A stretch of 45,376 bases of DNA from an uncultured Clostridia bacterium. Its GTDB lineage: Bacteria > Bacillota > Clostridia > Christensenellales > UBA1242. Location of the stretch: the NCBI GenBank assembly GCA_944372355.1, contig CALVYS010000005.1:1-45376 (forward strand). The letters are read 5' to 3'. Shown in pieces: positions 1-8,536 of this stretch; positions within the stretch are counted from its first letter, which is position 1; each line of letters begins with the position of its first letter. The translations under genes and the position numbers were made by a program. Under the pieces are notes generated by a model that was not told the origin of the DNA, did no database searches, and saw nothing but the letters and a program-made list of their open reading frames with translations.

Positions 1-67
1 TTCCAGTGGCCACTGGAACAAAAGTTAAAAATTTTTTGTAAATTTTTAACTTGCGCGGCAGAGCCGC
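1..67. repeat. Cluster of inverted repeats (18-bp palindrome, 13-bp stem-loop, short GC hairpin)
   Basis: TTCCAGTGGCCACTGGAA (1-18) is a perfect palindrome. AAGTTAAAAATTT (22-34) pairs with AAATTTTTAACTT (40-52). GCGGC-AGA-GCCGC at 55-67. Confidence 0.7.
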
Positions 68-225
68 TAAAATCCGTGCGTCTGTCGTTAAAAGCGAAAG
101 TTACGCAGCAAGTGACAGCTTTTTTCAGCAACTTGATTTTAGCATAAAAGTTTTCAATTTGCAAGTTTTTATAAGCCCTTGCAAAAAGATGTCATGCGGG
201 CAAGGTGAAAATTATATAATATTGT

Positions 226-1008
226 ATGAAAATTCGCAGAAAGCTTTTGAGACTTGCTAAAAAGATTTCAAGAAACAGAAAGCTGGCTCTTCACGAGGTG
301 TCACAGTGGTATATGCGTGCCAAAGATATGGCTCTTCAAATCGAGGAGATCGCGCCTTTTTTTGCAGGTAAAAAAGTGGTGTTTTTAGGTGATGGCGATG
401 GAATTTCAATTTTGCTTGCCATAGCTGCTTCAAAAGGGTTGGTTGAGGGGCCGACGCAAATCTGCGTGCTTGACATTGATGAGCGTGAACTCGATTTTTA
501 TTCGCATTTTGCAAGCAAATTTAAAGTAAATTTAGCTTTTTCGACGCAACTTTACAATGTTTTCGACAAGCTGCCAGAGCAGTTAAGACAAAGTTTTGAA
601 GCATTCTACATTAATCCGCCTTACAGCAGCGCAACAAACCCAAAAGGGCTGGGGTTCACATTGTGGCTTGAAAGATGCTTGGAGCTGTGTTCGGCAAAGC
701 CGATTGGTTGTGTGGTTCACCCAATTTATGACAATCAAACCCATTGGATAGGTGAGGTGGAGCAAGCGATCTTGGATTTTGCGAAAAAAGGTGGCTACAA
801 AAAAGGTGAATGCGTGCACTATTATCACGGCACACAGGCCATTTCCGCCAACTTGTTTATAACTTCCTTTGCACGCAAGCGGTCGAAATATCATGCGGCG
901 CTTATTCCAAGAGATATCGCCGACAATCTTTATCACAACTCATTGCCACTTCCGCATTACATTTTTAACGATGGTTCAAAATATGGAAAATTTGACTATA
1001 ATTGGTAA
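226..1008 (+). CDS. Bis(aminopropyl)spermidine synthase (BpsA/DUF43)-like SAM-dependent transferase
   Basis: 260 aa Rossmann-like protein. GKKVVFLGDGDGISI resembles the BpsA GK.I..LGDDDL.S motif; VLDIDER is the acidic SAM-binding strand; YINPPY is motif IV. Confidence 0.7.
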   Translation: MKIRRKLLRLAKKISRNRKLALHEVSQWYMRAKDMALQIEEIAPFFAGKKVVFLGDGDGISILLAIAASKGLVEGPTQICVLDIDERELDFYSHFASKFKVNLAFSTQLYNVFDKLPEQLRQSFEAFYINPPYSSATNPKGLGFTLWLERCLELCSAKPIGCVVHPIYDNQTHWIGEVEQAILDFAKKGGYKKGECVHYYHGTQAISANLFITSFARKRSKYHAALIPRDIADNLYHNSLPLPHYIFNDGSKYGKFDYNW

Positions 1009-1035
1009 AAAAATCGCAAATTTTGCGATTTTTTT
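1007..1035. terminator. Bidirectional intrinsic terminator
   Basis: AAAAAAATCGCAAA / TTTGCGATTTTTTT inverted repeat between convergent genes. Confidence 0.75.
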
Positions 1036-1038
1036 CAT

Positions 1039-1635
1039 TTATTTTATATAATTTGTTTTAATTTTTTGTGGAATGCGAGGTGGAAGAATTTTGTTGTTTT
1101 TCCCACATTCGATGCATTTTAAAATCCAAGCCATATTTCTTCCAAGCACTTGCATGGTTTGAACACCTTCTTCGTCTTTTAAAATTTCTTCTGGGGTGTT
1201 GCCATGAATCATGTTCCAGTAGTTTGAAGAGATCATTGGCATAGAGTAAAATTGTGGATATTTTTCCAAAACCTCCAAACTGCTGGCAGCGCCGCCTCTT
1301 CTGCATGAAACAATGCATGCAGCAGGTTTTTGAGCAAAGTCATTGCAGCAGGCAAACAAACGATCCAAAAAGCTGATGAAAGTGCCGTTTGGCGAAGCGT
1401 AATAAACAGGCGAACCGAACACGAAGCCATCATATTTTTTTATTTCGGCGGCGATTTTTTGAACAAAATTTTGGCTTGCATCGGAAGTCGCTCCAACCCC
1501 CGAAATGTTTTCCTTGCCAACGCAGATTATTTTGCTTTTAATTCCATCTCTTTCAAGTTCGTCGGCAATAATTTTTAATGCCGCATTTGTGCAACCATTT
1601 TCACGTGGACTTCCATTGAATAACAAAACTTTCAT
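1039..1635 (-). CDS. Flavodoxin family / NADPH-dependent FMN reductase (iron-sulfur flavoprotein-like)
   Basis: MKVLLFNGSPRENGCT, FGSPVYYASPNG, SFLDRLF, RRGGA and SSNYWNMIHG are family motifs. AGGAG RBS upstream. Confidence 0.9.
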   Translation of the reverse strand: MKVLLFNGSPRENGCTNAALKIIADELERDGIKSKIICVGKENISGVGATSDASQNFVQKIAAEIKKYDGFVFGSPVYYASPNGTFISFLDRLFACCNDFAQKPAACIVSCRRGGAASSLEVLEKYPQFYSMPMISSNYWNMIHGNTPEEILKDEEGVQTMQVLGRNMAWILKCIECGKNNKILPPRIPQKIKTNYIK

Positions 1636-1681
1636 ATTTTTCTCCTTTTGATAATTATATCAAAACTCAGATGTTTGCAAA

Positions 1682-1713
1682 AGAAAAAAGCTTTCATTTG
1701 AGAGCTTTTTTCT
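1682..1713 (-). terminator. Intrinsic terminator downstream of cysS
   Basis: AGAAAAAAGCTTTCA-TT-TGAGAGCTTTTTTCT hairpin with A/T tails. Confidence 0.65.
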
Positions 1714-1755
1714 AACAATTTGTCTAAATCTTGATGGACTGTTTAATTGAGTCTG

Positions 1756-3114
1756 TCAGTTCTTCAAAATTTCATAGCCATCTTTGGTGTCTTTGATGGT
1801 GAATCCTTTTTTAAGGATTTGAGCGCGCAATTCGTCGGCTTTTGCGAAATCGCGAACTTGTTTGGCGTCCCATCGCTCTTTTGCAAGCTGTTGCACGGCG
1901 GTTGGAATAATTCCATCTGTGAAATCGAAACCTAAAACGGCATTAAATTTCATAAGCAAATCATAGATTCTTCGGTCTCTTGGCAGCTTCAACATTGTCC
2001 AAATCACGCCCAGTGCTTTTGGCAAGTTGAGATCGTCATTTATCGCTTCCAAAAAGGCCTCTTCAACTTTTTGTGGCTTGATTTTTGTGGTTTCGCCTGC
2101 AATTTTATGCTCATTTGCAATCGCTTTCATGGATTTGAGGGCGTTTTTTGCAGCTTCCAAGCCGTCCCATGTGAAATTCTGTTGTTTTGCATAGTGAGCG
2201 GTGAAGAAGAAGTAGCGGTAATCCTCAGGGCTGAAACCTTTCTTTTCAAGGTCGGCAAGTTTGTAAACATTTCCAAGTGACTTGCTCATTTTTTTGGAAT
2301 CGATGAGCAAATGTTCAAGGTGCATCCAAATTTTGACAACTTTATGTCCAGCATAGCAGTCGTCTTGTGCGATTTCATTTTCATGATGCACTGGCCTGTG
2401 TTCGACACCGCCGGTGTGAATGTCGATGTGTTCGCCCAAAAATTTCATGCCAATCGTGCTGCATTCGATGTGCCAACCAGGATAACCTTTGCCCCAAGGG
2501 CTATCCCATTTCATGATATGGTTTTTTGGGGCCTTGATCCAAAGTGCGAAATCCGCTGGGTGGCGTTTTTCATCGTCGATTTCAATTCTCGCACCAGCCA
2601 GTTTGTCGTCAAGGCCTGAGCCACCAAGTTTTCCATATTCAGGGAAGGTGGCGATGTCGAAATAGATGCCCTTTGAGGTTTCGTAAGCATGGCCTTTTTC
2701 AAGCAGAGTTTTGACAAAAACTATGATTTCTGGGATAACGCTGGTTGCTGGGCAAATATGTTCTGGCATGTCGATGTTGAGTTTTTTCATTTCGCCCATA
2801 AAAACGTCGGTGTAATATTTTGCAATTTCTTCCGGTGTTTTATGTTCGCGCTGGCTTGCAACGAGCATTTTGTCCTCGCCCTCATCTTCATCGCTCGTCA
2901 TATGACCAACATCGGTGATGTTCATGACGCCGTCGATTTTCAGGCCGTTATATTTCAACACCCTTCGAAGAGCGTCCATAAAAAGATAGGCCCTCATGTT
3001 TCCAATGTGAGGATAGCTGTAAACAGTTGGGCCACAAGAATACATTCTTACAACGCCGTCTGAAAGCAAAAGCTCTTCTTTGGCTCTGGTTAAAGAATTG
3101 TAAAGTTTTATCAT
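1756..3114 (-). CDS. cysS: Cysteine--tRNA ligase
   Basis: CGPTVY, HIGN, NITDVGH, DFALW, PGWHIECS, HHENEIAQ, KMSKS and AINDDLN motifs. Confidence 0.98.
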   Translation of the reverse strand: MIKLYNSLTRAKEELLLSDGVVRMYSCGPTVYSYPHIGNMRAYLFMDALRRVLKYNGLKIDGVMNITDVGHMTSDEDEGEDKMLVASQREHKTPEEIAKYYTDVFMGEMKKLNIDMPEHICPATSVIPEIIVFVKTLLEKGHAYETSKGIYFDIATFPEYGKLGGSGLDDKLAGARIEIDDEKRHPADFALWIKAPKNHIMKWDSPWGKGYPGWHIECSTIGMKFLGEHIDIHTGGVEHRPVHHENEIAQDDCYAGHKVVKIWMHLEHLLIDSKKMSKSLGNVYKLADLEKKGFSPEDYRYFFFTAHYAKQQNFTWDGLEAAKNALKSMKAIANEHKIAGETTKIKPQKVEEAFLEAINDDLNLPKALGVIWTMLKLPRDRRIYDLLMKFNAVLGFDFTDGIIPTAVQQLAKERWDAKQVRDFAKADELRAQILKKGFTIKDTKDGYEILKN

Positions 3115-3117
3115 ATT

Positions 3118-3501
3118 TTAAATCCTTTTATTTAGATAATTAATTAATATGTCAAGCGAGCGTTCAGTGTCAATGTCGTGGCCTGTGAGCTCGGCGTCTA
3201 TTTTTTCGTAAAAGTCAGAAAGCTCTTTTTCGCCTTTTTCAGTGAGTTTGAGTATTCGACATCGTCTGTCGATTTCTGCATGTTCGATCGTCAAAAGCCC
3301 CTCTCTTTCAAGTTCTGCGGTCAGGAGCGCGAAGTTGGATTTTTTGATTCCAAGCTTTTCGATGATCATGCTGACTGAAAGATTTGAGTAGAGTTTCGCG
3401 AATGCGAGGACTTTAAATTTCAGCAAGCCGCCGTCAGTGTTTCTTTTGAGAAGGTTTTCGCACAACGCTTCTATTTCTAAAATTTTTTGTGCTATTTTCA
3501 T
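3118..3501 (-). CDS. MarR-family winged-helix regulator
   Basis: 127 aa with an HTH (LGIKKSNFALLTAELEREGLL) and the DRR..L.LTEKG wing motif. Ends 3 nt before the cysS start. Confidence 0.85.
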   Translation of the reverse strand: MKIAQKILEIEALCENLLKRNTDGGLLKFKVLAFAKLYSNLSVSMIIEKLGIKKSNFALLTAELEREGLLTIEHAEIDRRCRILKLTEKGEKELSDFYEKIDAELTGHDIDTERSLDILINYLNKRI

Positions 3502-3550
3502 AACTATATTTTATTATAAACATTTTTTTAAATATCGCAAGTGTTTTCGC

Positions 3551-3579
3551 TTGTTTTTCTCATCTTTCGATGTTAAAAT
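3551..3579 (+). promoter_or_regulatory. SigA-like promoter, leaderless geometry (recD2)
   Basis: TTGTTT-N17-TAAAAT with a TG extension, then 6 nt to ATG 3586. No SD sequence. Confidence 0.6.
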
Positions 3580-3585
3580 TTATAT

Positions 3586-5820
3586 ATGCAAATTGAGGGC
3601 ACTCTTGAAGAGGTGATTTTTAGAAATGACGAAAACGGCTACACGGTGGCCGTGCTTTCACACAACAAAACACCTGTCACTATCGTTGGAAAGATGATAG
3701 CTGCAAATGTTGGCGAGAATTTGACCTTGGAAGGCGAATTTGTGCACAACAAAAAGTTTGGCTATCAGTTTGCCTTTTCAAACTATGAAATCACGCTGCC
3801 TCAAACTCTTTCTGGAATCGAAAAATATTTGGCCTCTGGTCTCATCAAGGGGGTGGGACCTGTGACAGCCAAAAATATCGTCAAAACCTTTAAAGCGGAC
3901 ACCTTTTCGATAATCGAAATGGCCCCTGAAAGGCTGACAGAAGTCAAGGGCATCAGCAAAAATAAAGCATATGACATCGCAGCAAAATTTTCAGAACTCA
4001 AATCCATACAAAATGCCATCATGTTTTTGCAAGGATACAACATCACGGTGGGTATGGCGCTAAAAATTTTTGACGTTTATGGCTCAAAGACGGTTGAAAT
4101 CGTCAAGAGAAATCCTTACAGGCTTGTGGAAGATGTGGACGGCATTGGTTTTTTGACTGCCGACCGGATTGCAAAAAGCATTGGAATCCCAGCGGACAGT
4201 GCTTTTAGAGCGAGGGCCGGCATTGTGCATTGCTTGACAAATTCCACGGAAAAAAATGGCAACACCTATTTGCCAAAAGCGATGTTGATCTCAAATGCTG
4301 CCGAGCTTTTGGGTTTGCATGAACTCGAAGACGAACAGCTTTTTGAGCAAGTGTTAGATGAACTTGTGGAAGATAAAACGTGCATGGATTTTTGGCATGA
4401 AAAAGTTGAAATCATCATGCTTACAAAATTTTACAGGTATGAATATTCCATCGCTCAAAAATTGTGCCTGCTCGCCAACGCTTCCAACATGACAAAGTTT
4501 GATGTTTCAAGCGAGATAGCAGATTTTGAGCTTAGAAACAAGGTGGAGTTTCACGCCGATCAAAAGCGCGCCATAGAAAGCGCGGTGAACAACGGCGTTT
4601 CAATCATCACGGGAGGCCCAGGCACAGGAAAAACCACGATTGTCAAATGCATCATAGAGATTTTAAACAATCACAAAGAAAGCGTGTTGCTGCTTGCGCC
4701 AACAGGCCGAGCCGCAAAAAGACTTTCTGACAGCACCGGTCAAGAGGCAAAAACCATTCATCGTGCACTTGAAGTCAATGGTGAAATCGAAAAGGGAAGC
4801 AGGTTTGTTCACAACGAAAACAATCCTTTGGAGGTCAGCGCCGTCATAGTTGACGAAGTCAGCATGGTCGACGTTATGCTTATGAGCTCGCTTTTAAAAG
4901 CGCTTCCGCGAGATGCGAGGTTGGTGCTGGTGGGCGACAAAGACCAACTGCCAAGTGTTGGAGCGGGCAATGTGCTTGGTGACATGCTCAAAAGTGAAGT
5001 CTTTCCAGTTGCAATGCTAACCAAAATTTATCGTCAAACTGATGACAGTTTGATAATTTCCAACGCCCATCTTATCAACAATGGTGTGATGCCTGTCATC
5101 GACAACTCCTCAAAAGATTTCTTCTTTGAACAAAAAACCGAGTTGAACGAGATCCATTCCACGATCATCGACATGGTGACAAAACGCATTCCGGCTTACT
5201 TAAAAATCGAGCCGTCACAAATCCAGGTGCTCGCACCTCTCAAAGCAGGGGTTTGCGGCATTGACAATTTGAACCGCACTTTGCAGGAAATTCTCAATCC
5301 GCCATCACGTTTTAAAACCGAACTGACAGTTGGCACCACGATCTTCCGCGAGGGTGACAAAGTTATGCAAACCTCAAATGATTACAACTTGGTTTGGCAA
5401 AAACGAAATGGCTTTGTGATGGAAGAAGGCGAGGGAATTTTCAATGGCGACATCGGCCAAATTGAGCGTATAGACTATCAAACCGGCGAAACCACTGTCG
5501 TGTTTGAAGATGGCAGAGCTTGCAATTATGCGCGCACCGATCTTGGTGAGCTTTCTCTTGCATATGCGATCACGATTCACAAGTCGCAGGGCTCTGAATT
5601 TGATGTGGTGGTGATTCCGATCATCGCTGGCACCAGCATGATTTTGACCAGAAACTTGATCTACACGGCCGTCACTCGTGCAAAAAAAATGGTGGTGCTT
5701 GTTGGAGAGAAGAAAAATTTGCGTCGCATGGTGGCAAACGCCTACACAGTCAAACGCTTTACAATGCTCACAAGTTTGATTAAGGAGCAAGAAAAGAAAA
5801 TTAAAGAACTTTTTAATTAA
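3586..5820 (+). CDS. recD2: ATP-dependent RecD-like DNA helicase (RecD2)
   Basis: YLASGLIKGVGP HhH, NPYRL..DVDGIGF, GGPGTGKTT, LAPTGRAAKRL, IVDEVSMVD, VGDKDQLPSVG, AYAITIHKSQGSEF and YTAVTRAK motifs. Confidence 0.96.
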   Translation: MQIEGTLEEVIFRNDENGYTVAVLSHNKTPVTIVGKMIAANVGENLTLEGEFVHNKKFGYQFAFSNYEITLPQTLSGIEKYLASGLIKGVGPVTAKNIVKTFKADTFSIIEMAPERLTEVKGISKNKAYDIAAKFSELKSIQNAIMFLQGYNITVGMALKIFDVYGSKTVEIVKRNPYRLVEDVDGIGFLTADRIAKSIGIPADSAFRARAGIVHCLTNSTEKNGNTYLPKAMLISNAAELLGLHELEDEQLFEQVLDELVEDKTCMDFWHEKVEIIMLTKFYRYEYSIAQKLCLLANASNMTKFDVSSEIADFELRNKVEFHADQKRAIESAVNNGVSIITGGPGTGKTTIVKCIIEILNNHKESVLLLAPTGRAAKRLSDSTGQEAKTIHRALEVNGEIEKGSRFVHNENNPLEVSAVIVDEVSMVDVMLMSSLLKALPRDARLVLVGDKDQLPSVGAGNVLGDMLKSEVFPVAMLTKIYRQTDDSLIISNAHLINNGVMPVIDNSSKDFFFEQKTELNEIHSTIIDMVTKRIPAYLKIEPSQIQVLAPLKAGVCGIDNLNRTLQEILNPPSRFKTELTVGTTIFREGDKVMQTSNDYNLVWQKRNGFVMEEGEGIFNGDIGQIERIDYQTGETTVVFEDGRACNYARTDLGELSLAYAITIHKSQGSEFDVVVIPIIAGTSMILTRNLIYTAVTRAKKMVVLVGEKKNLRRMVANAYTVKRFTMLTSLIKEQEKKIKELFN

Positions 5821-5828
5821 AACCGGTA

Positions 5829-5857
5829 TTGACATCTCAAATCAACCGTGTTAAAAT
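5829..5857 (+). promoter_or_regulatory. SigA-like promoter for the paralog pair
   Basis: TTGACA-N17-TAAAAT with a TG extension; AAAGGAG RBS downstream. Confidence 0.75.
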
Positions 5858-5875
5858 AACTTAAAGGAGATTGAT

Positions 5876-6268
5876 ATGGTAAATTTTTTAACTAACGAAG
5901 AGGTGATAGCATTTTTGGAAGACGAAGGATTAAAAGCTCATTTTGCAGACAAGTTGGATCCAAAAGGCTGCGCATTTGATTACACAGGATTCAGATATTC
6001 AAAGGGAGAGCTTCTGGTTATAGTAAGCTATGCGAGGTGCGGTTTGAGCAGAACCACACAAGTGCGTTTGAGCGATGATAATATAACTTTTGACAGCGAG
6101 CTTTTCAAGCGGGATTATTTTGAAAAGCTTCAAAAAACTCAGCAAGATCTTTATTACGATTGGATGAATTATCTCGATCAGCTCGAACCTTTTGTTGAAG
6201 AGAGAAGAGGTGCTATGTTTGAGGAATATCACAAAGCTGTAAACGGCGAAAATGGTATAACTTTGTAA
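5876..6268 (+). CDS. Hypothetical protein (paralog of 6280-6672)
   Basis: 130 aa, strong RBS, aligns end to end with the next ORF. Confidence 0.8.
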   Translation: MVNFLTNEEVIAFLEDEGLKAHFADKLDPKGCAFDYTGFRYSKGELLVIVSYARCGLSRTTQVRLSDDNITFDSELFKRDYFEKLQKTQQDLYYDWMNYLDQLEPFVEERRGAMFEEYHKAVNGENGITL

Positions 6269-6279
6269 AGGAGAGCGAG

Positions 6280-6672
6280 ATGATAAATTTTTTAAAAAAT
6301 AGAGAGATTATAGATTTTTTGAACAGTGAAAAATTGCGGGTTGTTTCATTTTCAACTTGGACAGAGGACGGCCGTGTGCAGGATTTTGACTTAAATGGTT
6401 GTGCTTATGAAGAAAACGGATTTGATTATGCCGACGGCATGCTGACCATTCCAGTTGAGCTTGTGCAGGACAAGATCAGAAGATATTTCACATATGTCAA
6501 ACTCAGCGATTCTGACATCGCATTTGAAAATCCAGCTTTTGAAAAAGCCTTCATCAAAATAACAGGTAAAACCCCGATTGATTTATATGTGGATTGGACA
6601 GATTTTTTGGATAGGAAATCGGAGGTTTTGCAACAACGCCAAGACGAGGCAATTTCAACAATATCAAAATAA
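6280..6672 (+). CDS. Hypothetical protein (paralog of 5876-6268)
   Basis: 130 aa, AAGGAG RBS. Shares NFL.N.E.I.FL, GCA(F/Y)...GF.Y..G.L, V.LSD..I.F and KT..DLY.DW..(F/Y)LD with the previous ORF. Confidence 0.8.
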   Translation: MINFLKNREIIDFLNSEKLRVVSFSTWTEDGRVQDFDLNGCAYEENGFDYADGMLTIPVELVQDKIRRYFTYVKLSDSDIAFENPAFEKAFIKITGKTPIDLYVDWTDFLDRKSEVLQQRQDEAISTISK

Positions 6673-6699
6673 AAAACAGCGATCACTTCGCTGTTTTTT
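6671..6699. terminator. Bidirectional terminator overlapping the mscL stop
   Basis: AAAAAACAGCGA-TCACT-TCGCTGTTTTTT. Confidence 0.8.
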
Positions 6700-7231
6700 C
6701 TTCACTTTTTTCAGCAATTTCCACGTTGGTTTCATTTTGCTTTTTGAGTTCTGTCAAAATCTGTGCCAAAAGCTCCTCACTTGTTGGTTTCGGCGGAACT
6801 GGCGCAGGTTTTTTGGATTCTCTTAAAGCTCTTGTGGCTTCAATCATTTCGCGATGATTTTTTAAGTTCACGCCTTGAGCTTTAAGCTCTTTGCGTTCAG
6901 CTCTGGTTGGCAAGGCTTTAAAAGCTTTTTCGGTGAAACCTTTTGCACTCATCACAGCCTTCATGATGAGGAAAAGGATAAATGCGATAAGCAAGAAATC
7001 AATCACGGCTTGTAAGAAAACGCCATACTGTATTGCAGTGCCGTTTATGTAAAAGGCCAAGCTTTCAACGGTTTCCGCGCCAAAGATAGAGCAGATAAGC
7101 GGCATTAAAATGTTGTTGACAAGTGCGGTCACGATTGCACTGAATGCTGAGCCGATAATGATACCAATGGCCATATCTAAAACATTGCCACGAGAGATAA
7201 AAGCTTTAAAATCTTTAAAAAACTTTTTCAT
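6683..7231 (-). CDS. mscL: Large-conductance mechanosensitive channel
   Basis: FKAFISRGNVLDMAIGIIIGSAFSAIV, YGVFLQAVIDFLLIAF and C-terminal EELLAQILTELK. The cytoplasmic linker is extended. Confidence 0.95.
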   Translation of the reverse strand: MKKFFKDFKAFISRGNVLDMAIGIIIGSAFSAIVTALVNNILMPLICSIFGAETVESLAFYINGTAIQYGVFLQAVIDFLLIAFILFLIMKAVMSAKGFTEKAFKALPTRAERKELKAQGVNLKNHREMIEATRALRESKKPAPVPPKPTSEELLAQILTELKKQNETNVEIAEKSEEKTAK

Positions 7232-7298
7232 ACAAATTTCCTCCGCACAAATAATAGCAAAAAAAACAAAAAAAGCAAAAGAAATTTGCTTTCAATTT

Positions 7299-7775
7299 TC
7301 AATTTTGAGGAAAAATTAAACTTGCACGCGTTTTTGCAGGAGTAAAAGGTGGGGCAAAGGACTTTAACATAAAGTGCTTTTGTGGGGCGGAGCTTTTGAG
7401 CAGCAGTTTGTTATACAAAATGATGTGCCTTTCTGCCAAAACTGAAATAAAGTTTGTAAGGCTTGGCTTTTCGTATGGGGAAAGATAACAAAACCCCTGC
7501 AGGTCATTGACTTTTTTCAAGGTGTTTTTAAAGTAGGCCGCCTCCAAGCTGTGGCGCATGGCACGCTCGACGTTTTCGCTTTTTGTGGAGTAGATTGAGG
7601 CCACTTTGGGCACTATGTTGGCCTTTATTGATTTGAGCAGTTTTGGGTTTTGTACTGCAAAAAATATGGCTTGGCAAAGATAGGAAAATCCTTTTTGTGA
7701 AGTGGAAATTCCAAGAAAGGCCAAATCTGAATAGATGTTTTCACTGCATTTTATTTCTGCGCTTAGCTCCGGCAT
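7299..7775 (-). CDS. Spo0A C-terminal DNA-binding domain protein with no receiver domain
   Basis: LGI....KGFSYL.QAI, PKVA..YST....VERAMRH and KPS...FI..LA match Spo0A_C. AGAGGAG RBS. Confidence 0.85.
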   Translation of the reverse strand: MPELSAEIKCSENIYSDLAFLGISTSQKGFSYLCQAIFFAVQNPKLLKSIKANIVPKVASIYSTKSENVERAMRHSLEAAYFKNTLKKVNDLQGFCYLSPYEKPSLTNFISVLAERHIILYNKLLLKSSAPQKHFMLKSFAPPFTPAKTRASLIFPQN

Positions 7776-7860
7776 AGTTTTTTCTCCTCTTGAGAATTGG
7801 TGACATATGTAATTTTAAATGATTTTGAATTTTTTACAAAACACATTTATGAGCACTTTT

Positions 7861-7867
7861 TGTCGAA
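7861..7867 (+). promoter_or_regulatory. Consensus Spo0A box
   Basis: TGTCGAA in the divergent intergenic region upstream of the Spo0A_C gene. Confidence 0.5.
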
Positions 7868-7887
7868 TTTTTTCACTTTAAAAAAAG

Positions 7888-7916
7888 TTGTCACAAAAGC
7901 GAAAAAATGTTATTAT
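7888..7916 (+). promoter_or_regulatory. SigA-like promoter, leaderless geometry (engB)
   Basis: TTGTCA-N17-TATTAT, then 6 nt to ATG 7923. Confidence 0.6.
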
Positions 7917-7922
7917 AAAAAT

Positions 7923-8498
7923 ATGAAAATAGTGTCGGCAAAATACCTGACGAGCGTTGTGGAGGCAAGCAAACTTTTAAGTGATGGAGTTTGTGAGTTT
8001 GCTTTTGTCGGAAGAAGCAATGTTGGCAAATCAAGCCTGATAAACAACCTGTGCTCATCAAAATCGCTTGCAAAAACCTCTTCCACGCCAGGCGCGACTC
8101 GAATGATCAACTATTTCGACATCAACAATGGCCAGGCGCGGTTTGTAGATCTGCCAGGCTATGGCTATCACAAAGCAGGCAAGCAAAATGAAAAGATGTG
8201 GGCGGGGCTGATTGAAGACTATTTGTTAAACTCGCAGAATTTGAAGCTTGTGCTGTTTTTGCTTGATATACGCCACGAACCAAGCCAGCTTGACAAAATG
8301 ATGTTTGACTTTTTGTTGCAAACTGGAAGAAATTTTGTGATCGTTGCAACCAAGGCAGACAAGCTGTCCAAAGCGCAGCAATATCTTTCCAAGCGTAAAA
8401 TCGCGGCCAGCTTGAAGGTGAGAGAGGAGCTCATCTTTCTCCACAGCAGCCTGAATTCGCAGGGCAAGAGCGAGCTTCTTGATTATCTTGACGCTTAA
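7923..8498 (+). CDS. engB: Ribosome biogenesis GTP-binding protein EngB/YihA/YsxC
   Basis: GRSNVGKSSLIN, AKTSSTPG.T, DLPGYG and TKADK motifs. Start moved from the track's 7797 to MKIVSAKY at 7923. Confidence 0.95.
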   Translation: MKIVSAKYLTSVVEASKLLSDGVCEFAFVGRSNVGKSSLINNLCSSKSLAKTSSTPGATRMINYFDINNGQARFVDLPGYGYHKAGKQNEKMWAGLIEDYLLNSQNLKLVLFLLDIRHEPSQLDKMMFDFLLQTGRNFVIVATKADKLSKAQQYLSKRKIAASLKVREELIFLHSSLNSQGKSELLDYLDA

Positions 8499-8536
8499 AA
8501 GTTTTAAATTGCAAGTTTTGTTTCATACTTATATAT

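Noticed and set aside
51-260. 69-aa track ORF
   Set aside because: It runs through hairpins and the promoter of the 226 gene, has no RBS, and has no recognisable motif.
7797-7922. N-terminal extension of engB in the track
   Set aside because: It covers promoter and intergenic sequence; EngB homology and promoter geometry point to ATG 7923. The same reasoning applies to track starts 16011, 16037, 20528, 24752 and 25730.
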